A stretch of DNA of 62,906 nucleotides, the filler included, from Platydemus manokwari (Eukaryota): assembly GCA_037951405.1 (NCBI GenBank). It is 6 parts of 6 records of this genome, joined end to end, with 100 filler letters (N's around TTAATTAATTAA, not from the genome) between each part and the next. Parts side by side here need not be neighbours in the genome. Positions count along the whole stretch, not along the records: positions 9,218 to 23,233 come from JBBMOY011551411.1; 5 more parts are not named here. The stretch is one strand, 5' to 3'. The notes beneath the pieces were generated by a model. The model searched no databases. It saw only the letters and a list, made by a program, of their open reading frames with translations, and had not been told where the DNA came from. The translations under genes and the position numbers were made by a program. Shown here one piece after another: positions 12,354 through 23,333 of this stretch; position 1 is the first letter of the stretch; each line of letters starts with the position of its first letter.

Positions 12354-14081
12354 ATGCAAAATATATCAATGGAACATAATAGAGAATCAATTGACATTTA
12401 TAATGAAAAAATTAAGCTAAGCGAGACACGAAATAAATTCGAAACATCTTCTCAGCACATTATGTATTTAGTCAATAATGAAATTAAAGTGTCTGACGAA
12501 ACTGAACAAATAATGACAGAAGAAAATATTGTAAATCAAAATAAAGAAACTGCGCAAAATAAAAGAATTATTTATTCTTATAAAACTAAATTGAAAGCCA
12601 TTGAAATGTATCAAGAAGGATTTACGTTGCACGAAATTGCGAATAAATTTAAAACATCTTTCAATAATGTCTGGTATTGGGTAAATACTAAAAATAAGAT
12701 ATTAGAAAACGCGTTTAATAAATGTAATCAGTTATCATCAGAAGAAATAAAAAAGTTAGAAAATATTAAAAATGAAAAGGTAGATGTCTTACAAAGGAAA
12801 ACACGTATTTCTACCGAGACTAAATTGAAAGCTATTGAAATGTTTCAAAAAGGAATTGATCTTAAAGTTATAGCCGAAACGTTAAAAACAGGTTACAAGC
12901 AAATTTATTATTTAGTCCATAGAGAAAGTAAGATATTAGAAAACGCGTTTAAGAAATGTGATCAGTTATCACCAGAAGAAATGAAAAGGTTAGAAAATAT
13001 TAAAAATGGAAACCGAGATGTCTTCCAAAAAAAACCACGTATTTCCGCCGAGACTAAATTGAAAGCTATTAAAATGTATCAAGAGGGTATCTCATTGAAA
13101 GCGATTGGAAATATTTTGCAAGTCTCCTTCAACCAAGTTAGGTATTTGGTCAATAATAAAAATAAAATATTAGAAAAATTTCTTAAAAGAAGAGATCAGA
13201 TATCACCGGACGAAATGAAAAGGTTAGAAAATATTAAAAATGAAAACCAAAATGTCTTCCAAAAGAAAACACGTATTTCTGACGAGACTAAATTGAAAGC
13301 TGTTGAAATGTATCAAGAAGGATTTACGTTGCAAGAAGTTGCTAATAAATTTGAAACGTCTTACAACTATGTCTGGTGTTGGGTCAATAATAAAAATAAG
13401 ATTTTAGAAAATTTTGTTAAAAGCAGTGATCAGATATCACTGGACGAAATGAAAAGGTTAGAAAATATTAAAAATGGAAACCAAAATCTCTCCCAAAAGA
13501 AAACACGTATTTCTGACGAGACTAAATTGAAAGCTGTTGAAATGTTTCAAGAGGGTATCTCATTGAAAGCGATTGCAGATAATTTTCAAACATCCTTCAA
13601 CCACGTTTGGTATTGGGTAGAAAACAGAAGTAAAATATTTGAAAAAGTTGCTAAAAATAATGATCAGATCTCACTTGAAGAATTGAAAAGATTAGAAAAT
13701 GTTGTAAATGGAAACAGGCGTGAGTTACAAACGAAAAAGTGCAAAGTCTCTACAGATAATAAATTTAATTTTATTGAAATGGATGGATTAGCTTACCAAT
13801 CAAAACCCTGTCAGACAGATTATAAATTATTAGAAAAAGACATAAAACACAATGATCAGATATCATTAAAGGATGGATCAGAAAGTTTCGATTTACCTGT
13901 AAATTTATTGAAATATGAAAGTGTATGGTTTGATGAAATGTTAGTACAAAAGGAAAATGAAACGAAAGGAAATTGTAATAGAAAAAATACTAAGAGAAAA
14001 ATAACTGACACTGAAAATAAAAATGAATTCAAGAAAATACGACTTGAATTTCCTATAAATATAAAATTGGAAGAAATGTAA
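12354..14081 (+). CDS. Intronless 575-aa protein with five tandem 78-aa repeats, each containing a CENP-B-N/psq-like helix-turn-helix (paralog B, intact)
   Basis: Open 1728-bp frame in AT-rich DNA. Repeat starts at 12801, 13035, 13269 and 13503 (period 234 bp), plus one upstream copy. The motif (Y/I)SxETKLKAIEMYQEGxxLxxIAxxFxTSxxxVxxWVxNKxKI resembles the N-terminal HTH of pogo/Tigger/CENP-B proteins. No DDE domain is visible. Confidence 0.9.
   Translation: MQNISMEHNRESIDIYNEKIKLSETRNKFETSSQHIMYLVNNEIKVSDETEQIMTEENIVNQNKETAQNKRIIYSYKTKLKAIEMYQEGFTLHEIANKFKTSFNNVWYWVNTKNKILENAFNKCNQLSSEEIKKLENIKNEKVDVLQRKTRISTETKLKAIEMFQKGIDLKVIAETLKTGYKQIYYLVHRESKILENAFKKCDQLSPEEMKRLENIKNGNRDVFQKKPRISAETKLKAIKMYQEGISLKAIGNILQVSFNQVRYLVNNKNKILEKFLKRRDQISPDEMKRLENIKNENQNVFQKKTRISDETKLKAVEMYQEGFTLQEVANKFETSYNYVWCWVNNKNKILENFVKSSDQISLDEMKRLENIKNGNQNLSQKKTRISDETKLKAVEMFQEGISLKAIADNFQTSFNHVWYWVENRSKIFEKVAKNNDQISLEELKRLENVVNGNRRELQTKKCKVSTDNKFNFIEMDGLAYQSKPCQTDYKLLEKDIKHNDQISLKDGSESFDLPVNLLKYESVWFDEMLVQKENETKGNCNRKNTKRKITDTENKNEFKKIRLEFPINIKLEEM
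12567..13736 (+). repeat. Five tandem 234-bp coding repeats
   Basis: Blocks such as GAGACTAAATTGAAAGCT and GAAAAGGTTAGAAAATATTAAAAATG recur at an exact 234-bp period. Confidence 0.95.
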
Positions 14082-17036
14082 TTGCAATGTTCCAATAGAT
14101 CATTGATATTTGCTAAATTACTTTAATTATGTCACTTCAATCGGAATATTTAAATATAGTTTAGAATAATGTCTTTTGGATATTATAAAATATTATAAAA
14201 TATTTGTTATTATCTCAAATATACGAAAAAATATGTCAAAGTAGATTTTATAAACAAATTCTCAATTCATATCAAAATAATTCTACATGATTTTTGATTT
14301 TGCAAATATAAAATCTTTAATTATAAATAAAGTTTGTAAACTCATTACATGTTTAATAATTTTCTTAAATGTTTAATAACAAAAAAATTAACAATGACTT
14401 TTTTTTAAAAATGATTTCAAATCTTTACAGTATTTTCCAGTTTTCCTCAAATAAAATAAGATGTTTGGATAAATTACATTTTGACTTACATTTATCCATT
14501 TATCAAATATTGAAGTTCTTGTGTATTTAATATTTTATTTCTTACAAATAAGAGATACAAAACTTTATTTTAAAAATTCAAGGTTGAGTTTATTTTGTGA
14601 CCACTACAAATTTTTAATAAGGACAATATTTTTAAAATCGAGTATTGTGTTGATATTTATCATAAATAATTCGAGATAAAAGAATTTTTATAACTTCGAT
14701 ATTTTCAATTATATAATTTTTAACGGATCATCAAATAAGATTGTTTAAATAAAGCGATAATTTAAAACCTGAATTATTCAAAACACTGAATTTTAACATT
14801 TGATTCGATTTTCGAGCAGCAGATCCTAGCTTCAATTCCTTTGATAACATTAACCTCAATAGATGTAGAATTAAACGGGTCATGGTGAAACACTCGATCT
14901 TGATTGTGTTAGCTATTAGTAAAGAACGGATTCAATAAAAAAAACTAACAATTCCAACATGAAAATGTTTTTTTTAAGAAATAAGAGAAAGACGAAATCA
15001 ATTGATGTTTTTGTTGTTTCTCTCATGAAAACCCTCCACAACTACTACTACGACTATATTAATGGTAATTGTAAAATTAAAGTTAGATCCAATTCATCCG
15101 TGACCTTTCACTTTTGGACTCTGAAGGTATTTTCTAACTCACTTTTTTAATCTTGCTTTTGAACATTCAAAATATACTCGACATTTGTCCATTTCTTTTG
15201 CTTGGCTTGACAATCCAAAACCTTTTCCAAATGTCGCACATAAATATCTGTAGTGTCTGCTGCGTTTGTAATTGAAATTTTTTCAGTACTTATTTTCTCA
15301 ATAGAAATTAAGGTTCTAGATGATATTTTCTTTGATTGCCAATAATACTCCTGATCTTCAAAAATTTATCGATAAAGTTGTTGAAATAACGGAATGGGCT
15401 AGTTTACAATAGTGTCCAAACAAATTTGATTTATCACACAAAACCATAATGATGTAATATCTATTAATAATGTAAATATTAAAAGATTGTTGAATAAAGA
15501 ATTTCACATGTATCCTGGTGTCCTTGTTAGTGATAAAAATGATCTCGTGAATTTTAAATTTAATTTTGTATTAGCGGCGGTAAATATCATATTTTTTACG
15601 TAAAAATACTTAAAATCTTTCAAAATTTCAAAGAAAGAAATTTCATAAACTAATCCATCAAATAATGTAAAAAAATGCAATATTTATATTTTACGAAGTA
15701 CGAGTATCTATCAAAGTGCAAATATCACGAATTATTATCAATTTAATTGTTCTAGTAATCTTATTTTGAACCCTATATCTTGTTCTGTTATTAAATTGAC
15801 ATGCCTCTTGAATTTTCAAAAAACTTAACAACGTAAATTATTTTATATAAATAGCAATATCAAGTTGACAGCTTTTTTAGTCAATAAGTTGATTAGATAT
15901 TAAGAGAAAAGGAATATTTTAAATACATCTTTGCAAAATATAGTTGAAAAATATTAAATAACTTTTTGAAAAATTTGTTTTTTTAAACGAATCGTAAGGA
16001 AAAGATGTAATAAAGTTTTATTAAAGCAAAATTATAATACAATGAATGAGTAATAATAATTCAGAGTTTAAAGAATATTTAGAAATTTCACGAAATTCTT
16101 CGTCAGGAATATCATTATTAATCAAACCGCAAAAATAGTATTTAAAGTAGATAATGATGTACTTTGGATGAATTGATATGTAACTTCTTTTTGATAGTAC
16201 TGGTATAAGTTATTTAGTTTTTAATGTTCTCTTGCAAAAGGTAATGATTATATTTCATTGAAATTAAGAAAGTTATTAATTTTGTAAAGATCACATAATA
16301 AATTACAATTTTTGATTAAATTATTTATTAATAACTTATCTTCAGACATAATATTATCAAGTTATGTTTCAATATTTCAATATTTATTGTACTTCAGAAT
16401 ATTTGAAGGGTCTTTATTTGTAATTTTGCTTTTGTGTAATATATATAATATCATAACAGTATATTTTTATAAATTCTATAATATGACCAGAGAGTCGAGC
16501 TTACATTATTACCCAACAATTACATTTTAGTGTTATAAAATAAAATTTAAAATAAAATCCAATGAAACCGTGCAATCTGGTATGTCACTATGGGTTTATT
16601 TCAATACAAACACGCACTACCGAAACCTGATGCGTACAAACCTGTTAAAAGACTCACATTACTTTGTTATTAGTCACCAATCGATGTTATCAATCAAAAT
16701 AGAATCGGGAATAATAAAGATTTGAATAATTTGCACTTATTATATTTAACTATCTCAAGAATAGTGGCATTATTGTAATACCTATTTAAACAAATCTCAA
16801 ACTAAATTATTACTTGAAATTATGTTTATGAATTTAAGATATCTCGACACAAATTTTCTCTAAGTATCCAATCTGAGAGGCCCTCCTGTTTTGTTATCTC
16901 GATCCCATACAATTTTGCCAATTCCTTCAAGAATCGTGTAATCCCATGTTGATAAAACGTTCACGCCATTATGAAATAATCAGGAAAGCAAAACCGAAAT
17001 CGCTATTAGCGACCATTTCGAATTTTGGTAGAATAA

Positions 17037-17730
17037 TCATATACTACTATTCATATACGTAACCATAACCATGATGGTCAAATATGTCTTATATCCTTTG
17101 CCAATTTTAATTTTATACTTGAAAATTCTCACTCTATCTAGAACTTTATATTTTGAGTTATTATTTAAATCATTATTAATATTATTCCATCCCTTTATTT
17201 TTTCTTTTATTATTTCATGGTTTTTGCTTGCGTCTACAGGAGTAACCCCAATATTTGAATGAATTTTATTATTATATTTTTTTAACAACACTTTGCAATA
17301 AATTATAATTCCATTTTGATTTCTCTCAACCGTAAAATGTTTCCACAAAATATTTTTTAAAGTTCTAATAAATATTTCTGCAAAAACAAAGTGAGTCATT
17401 TAAAAAAATAATTATATTCTTTATATTTAATATTATTTTGTTTAAATATTGTTGTCGGAATGAGATATTGCGATACCAGTTTAACCGAAATATTCTTGGA
17501 AATATGTTAATGTAATGAATGTAATACATAGTAATACATTTCTATGTTGATATTGACATTGTTTTAGTTGTCATAGTTTTAATTAAATTAAATACTAGTG
17601 CTCCAGAATATTCAAAATTAAGTTTGAATATATTCGTTTCACATTAACCAATAAAATTATTACGAATAAAATTAATTCTACATCACGAATTATTTGAACT
17701 ATTTTAATTGTTTCAGGCTCATGTAAATGT
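17037..17730 (-). mobile_element. Polinton/Maverick retroviral-type integrase relic
   Basis: AEIFIRTLKNILWKHFT...YNNKIHSNIGVTP...KYKVLDRVRIFKYKIKIGKGY matches the Maverick integrase C-terminal pattern (AERFNRTLK...YNN..HSSI..TP...KFKVGD.VRISK.K..F.KGY). The upstream part is decayed (LHEP near 17725). Confidence 0.85.
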
Positions 17731-19099
17731 GACTAACTAACAATTGTTAATGCTTGATAAGTTATAAGTAATATCAAGCTCATCAAATTATTTTGCTAAT
17801 TAAATCCATCATATGAATAACAATTCTTAGCCTAATCATAATCTTCGATCATTTAGAGATTCGATTTGCCTGAAAAAAGTAGTCACTGGGTAATAAAAAT
17901 ATCGAACAGAGAATCTAGGAACCAGTTTGAGAATTTTTATTGAAGTGAATTTTATGAATTGAACATAATATGAAATTGAAAATGAAATTTATTAAACAAT
18001 TAAATTGATAACCTCTTAAAATTGGATTTTAAATTTTCAGATTTCATTCAATAAATATGGTGTTAGCGCACACTTTAAAAATCTCAAAGATTCGAATTGA
18101 AATTATTCAACATGTTTTCCTAATAATAACATCACATAAACTTATGGATTATTATTTTATTAAAGAATATAATTAAATAAACTGTTTATAATTTTACGAC
18201 AATTTAAAACTATCATTTGGGACCTATTTTTGGCTAAATTTTGGACCAATTCTTCTAAATAAATTTATAATAAAAATATAAATTAAACGATAAATTCTTA
18301 TTGACTGTTTAATAAAACAATCAGTGATTAAATAAAATAACAATAATAATAACAATTATTACCTCAGATGAAGTTCACTGTATTGTAAGTTCATTGTTTT
18401 GATATTTTGTGCGGCTCATTAATTGTGGGTTTTTTAAGATATTTTCTGTTGAACAATTCAAAGAGACAGAATTCTTTATTTTGCAAAATATTCAGATTAA
18501 ACAATAATTATAATTCATTTAGTAAATAAAAATAGTTTCAATTAAATTTTAATAACTATTTAAATATTAATTTTACGTTACAAATAAATGTTTCAAATAA
18601 AATAGCTCATTTTCCGATTTTTGTTGAGAAATTTTAATTTTATTTTGTTAAAATACTGTTGGGATAAACATCAGCATTATATAGTATAAAAAACAAACAT
18701 TATATAGTATAAAATACAACAACATTATATTAAAAATGAGGATAATACTCCATTATTATAATAGTCCATTATTTGAAAATAATTAACAATTAAATAATAT
18801 ACCATGTTCTATTATTAGATTAACAAAATAGTTATTCTAAAAATACAATGATAAAAAATTAGGATTTAAAATGGCAATAAATAAATAAATAAATGGAATC
18901 ACTGAAATTTGAAGATAAAAAGGGCAAAAAATAAATAAATGGAAAATTAATTTGAAAATAGAAATAAAAAACAACAAAAATAAACCACGAAAAATAAATT
19001 AATAAAAGAAAAAGTTTTAAAGCAAGTAAAAATTGAAAGAAACACAATTTTTCTAATATACTATACAACGAATCTTTCAAATCCAAACGAAATTAAGAA

Positions 19100-19476
19100 A
19101 ACTCTAATTAAGAGGAAATCGATCATTATTGTCAAAAATTAAGCATTATTGTCAAACTATTATCTTGGAATCAACAATTTTGCGAATCGTATGAATTCCC
19201 AAAAGGATAATTACCATTATTGACGATTATCTACAATTGACGGAGGAAATAAATTATTTCAGTCTCTGTGAACAATCCATTAGTCACGAAGAAGATAAAA
19301 TATCTATAAATTATCTAATTTCATATCTAAGTTCAAGCAATAAAACTGGTATAAAAACACAAAGGAACAGAAGAAGAAGAGAAAAACTATATAACTCTGA
19401 ATTGTTTGTTCAACTCCTCACATTGGCATCTCCAATACTAATTCTATTCGACAAAATCAAGAATACTGCTTTCTGA
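19100..19476 (+). mobile_element. Probable decayed Polinton small basic (core/pX-like) protein
   Basis: FCESYEFPKG*LPL followed (across frameshifts) by a basic stretch and LFVQLLTLASPILILF. This resembles, from memory, the ICEC..N.LKGN.PL...GGFL..LL..PIL small protein of Mavericks/adintoviruses, and it lies between the integrase and pPolB relics. Confidence 0.4.
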
Positions 19477-20467
19477 AAACTTAAGGAAAAACGGGAAAAT
19501 AGTAAGCCTTATTATACAGTAATACTTTTCTTGTTGAGAAATATTTTATTGTTCAAAAATCTTTTATAAATTAACCATATTCTTTAACTTGAATACGTAT
19601 CATTTTAATCTATGATAAACATTATTGCATATTTAATATCAGTGAATTTGTCTACTATTTGAGTTAAATTACGTAATGTCATTTATAGCTGAATTGATAA
19701 AATCAATAAACACATTATTTCTCATAAGCTTGTGCTATAGAAATGTTCGGTTGGATACTAATGCAGCTTGCTCAAAATTATAATTCCTCTATAAGTACAT
19801 TTCTATATAGCTTATTAGGTTTATCGACGTACAAATTTTATAAAGCCTTAATTTAAAGTTACTTAGAAAGAGTAATCATTTATAAAATCAAAGCTATAAA
19901 CAACTGTATACAGGTATCATTTGCGTTAGTATAATCGACACGTTTTGAACAGCTTAATTCTTAAAATGGTTTGAATTGTTATCTTTTAAAAATGTCATTT
20001 TGAAGAAACGTGATTTTGTAAAAATCTTTCTATAAAAGAGTCTTTGACAACAGCATGTCAGTAAAAGAGGATTTTATCTATATTTTAATTACCAAAACAA
20101 TAATACTAAATGTCACAAAATTGATAATCATTTATTTTGAAATTAGATACCGAACACTCACTATTATTGATTATGATAATGTGTATATGAATCAACTCTT
20201 TCGTTTATAATTATAATTTACCTGATTTCTACTTTAATAATACAATCACAATGAAAAAATTGAATTTCAGTTGATAGAAGATATCAAATAAAAAAATTAG
20301 AACGAGTACCAACATTTTTAAATATTCCTATATTTCTACAAAATAATCAATTATTAGTAACTCGTATTTCGACAGATAAAAATTAAGAAACAACAGAATA
20401 GAAAATTAAGAAAAAAATAAAAACAGGAAAATCACAAAACCAAAATATGAAAACCCTATTAAAAAAA

Positions 20468-21950
20468 ACTTATAAATGCCAAATTTTCGATACGATGTTT
20501 AAAGTGATTCATGCTCTAAAAGTTCATGAAAAATCCAAAAAACATATTGCGAAATATAACGCTTTTATTAATATTTAAAACAATAATAAAACAATAGATA
20601 ACAGCAATACAATTAATGAAATTTCGTTTTCATCAAATATGGGTAATACTTATAAAACCCATAAAATTAAAATAAAAATCTCAACCAACTCAGAAAGATA
20701 ATTTATCATATTTCAGAAGAGTTTAAGGAAATATTAAAATTTCTTAATAAATATCTAGAACATAAATTTCAAAAAATGATCAAAATATTATTACAAAAAA
20801 TAAATCCACATACTGAAGAAATTTAATATACAACTATAAAATTATTTACAGATCATATATTAAAAATTGGATTGGAGAATATTATGGGTGACGACCTAGT
20901 AAATAATTTAAGATTTCTCCGAACACTGAGATAATGATTAAATGAGAGTTCAAGAAAGTGGATGGAGTATATTTGAATTATGTAATATAATAGTAAATAT
21001 TTCAAGTGTAAATGTTTTTTTAGAAGTAATTACTTACCCCTTACAGTTGTCTCTAATAACATAATAAATATGCAAAACTATGATAACAAATGTTTCTTTT
21101 TTTCAGTATTAGCCATTTTATATCCAATAAAAGGATACAGACGTGCAAATAGTGCAAGCCATTATAAAAAATATTTTGATAAATTAAATCTTGAACAAAT
21201 ATCTTTTCCAACACCTTTAAATGATATTAAAAAATTTCATAGAAAGAATAATGTTTATGGAATTAAAGTAAATGGAAATGGAAATAAGAATTACCAATTA
21301 TTTCCAATCTATATTTCCAAGAAAGAACAATATCCTCAAGATATTAAACTTTCATATTTAGAAAATAATGGAGTAACGCTCTATGCTTTCATTAAAAATT
21401 TCAATTGACTAATGCAGGGACAACTAACTTATAAATGAAATTCAAACCAAAGATTAAATTTTTGTGATAAATGTTGTTATTATTTTGTAACAGAAAATAA
21501 CTTTGAAAATCATTAGAGAATATTTAGAAAAAATGGTGAGGTAATCTCACGATTGTTAAGCCCAGCCAACATAATAATAAACGATGTTCGGTCTATGGCA
21601 ATATCTTAAAATGTATTAATTATAACCATCAAATACCAGTTTCTTTTATAATTATTGCTGATATAGAATGTGTGAATATCAAAAGGTAAAGCAACAAAGG
21701 TTTTAACTAATCAAATACTCATTTGAATTTATTTAAAATATATTTTAAGCTATTCAGAAATAATAGAAAACGAGAATAAATTATTTCAAGAAGAAAACTG
21801 CGTGCAAGAGTTTCTTAAATAGATAGAAGATAATGAAAATAAATTTGAAATTAATCTGAACGAACAAGACAAAATAAACTTTAATAATTCAACTAATTGT
21901 ACTGATTGTAATAAAATCTTTTCTGGTGATAAATAATGATTATTATTTAA
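20468..21950 (+). mobile_element. Polinton/Maverick protein-primed DNA polymerase B, N-terminal relic
   Basis: Degenerate C2H2 finger (YKCQIFD...HEKSKKH), VQESGWSI, NMQNYDNKCFFFSVLAILYP, LNLEQISFPTPLNDIKKF, FCDKC, PVSFIIIADIEC (exonuclease-I-like YADFE) and TNCTDCNKIF. Multiple stops and frameshifts. Confidence 0.85.
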
Positions 21951-21954
21951 AGAA

Positions 21955-22480
21955 AATAAGTTAGGAAATGTGTCGATGATACGAGTAAGATAATACAAAA
22001 AATGTCTAAAAGCAGTGAACAGATATGACCGGAACAAATGAAAGATTAGAAAATATTATTAACAAGCGAGATTTACGAAAAAGAAAATGTGAAGTTACTA
22101 AAGATAATAAATTTAAATCTATCGAAATGGATAGAGATGCGACGGCGTTGCAAGCCATTGCAGAAAAATCGAAATTTTCTTTCAAAACAATTTTTTAGGA
22201 AAATAGTAAATTATCAGAAATAGGTAATGATAATGAATATTTGTCTTTACTTGCAAATTTAATTTAAAAAGAAAATAAATTGTTTAATGAAACCAAACCA
22301 TTGGAATTGATTATTGATGAAATGGAAAGAAAATTGCTTGGAAAACCTATTTTATTAGCATTTAGTAACAATGCTAGAAAAGAAAATAAAAACAAGAAAA
22401 ATATATAGCATTGAAAATCTAAATGAATTGAAGGAAATACGACTTAAATTTTCTTTAAATTTAAAATTGGAGTTATTTAA
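21955..22480 (+). pseudogene. Tandem-HTH array gene, paralog C (decayed 3' part)
   Basis: VRKCVDDTSKIIQKMSKSSEQI*PEQMK/RLENIINKRDLRKRKCEVTKDNKFKSIEMD...ALQAIAEK and C-terminal ELKEIRLKFSLNLKLE are homologous to the last repeat and tail of paralog B; the 3' flank AATAGATCA is also shared. Confidence 0.8.
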
Positions 22481-23233
22481 TTACAATAATGCAATAGATC
22501 ACTAATTAATTTGTTGTTTTTCTAAAAATTTTAATCAGTTTTAATACAAATATTAATCTTTAATGCTTGAATAAAAGTTTTTTTCAAATTTTTTTTCCAA
22601 ATTTTAAATGCGAGATATCAACAGGAGTTTTATATAGAAATAGAATATATTTGATGATTTATAGATGTTTTTTTAAGAAAATGAAAGATTTTCGTCTATC
22701 GGATTGGAAATTCAAGCTTGGGTTGTAGCATACTATCAGAATATATGCTGTTAAGCTGAAGCATCACAACAATATGACTTTCTCATTGGATAACCTGTAT
22801 GACAAAGGCGTTTCAAACTGAAATTCTCTTTTAATTTATAAAAAAATACATAATTAAAATCTATGAAAATTCAATCAAATGGTGCAAGAGATTTTTCTGA
22901 AAATTGATGTGATGATTTGATGTTATCTTTAATAATTTTTATTTTACTCGATTAAGTAAGTCAAGTCAACTAAATCGAGTCAACTTACTGAAGACTTTTT
23001 ATTGCAGAATATGATGGTGAATGTAATTATTTCTCTAAAAATTGAAGAGAGTCGAAATGAAATGTACTTATTTGTAAAGTTCACCCAAATAATTTGAGTA
23101 GTTGTTGAAAGGCTATATTTTTTTCAACCATTTTTACAATTTTTATCAGTTTTATCTATAATAATACTTTTAATTTTTTATTTTTTAAAATAACATCTCT
23201 TTATTGTTTCATTAGATCTTTCTATTTTAAATT

Positions 23234-23333
23234 NNNNNNNNNNNNNNNNNNNNNNNNNNNNNNNNNNNNNNNNNNNNTTAATTAATTAANNNNNNNNNNN
23301 NNNNNNNNNNNNNNNNNNNNNNNNNNNNNNNNN
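23234..23333. other. Artificial contig linker
   Basis: 44 N + TTAATTAATTAA + 44 N. Confidence 0.98.

Noticed and set aside
12567-13736. CRISPR-like interpretation of the periodic repeats (also the 16-bp and 17-bp arrays)
   Set aside because: No unique spacers, the 234-bp units are in-frame coding sequence, the context is eukaryotic and no cas genes are present.
16312-19086. Hydrophobic F/I/L-rich short ORFs (16312, 17071, 18859; likewise 26494, 42735, 53261)
   Set aside because: Composition is what AT-rich non-coding DNA yields by chance; no motifs or splice support.
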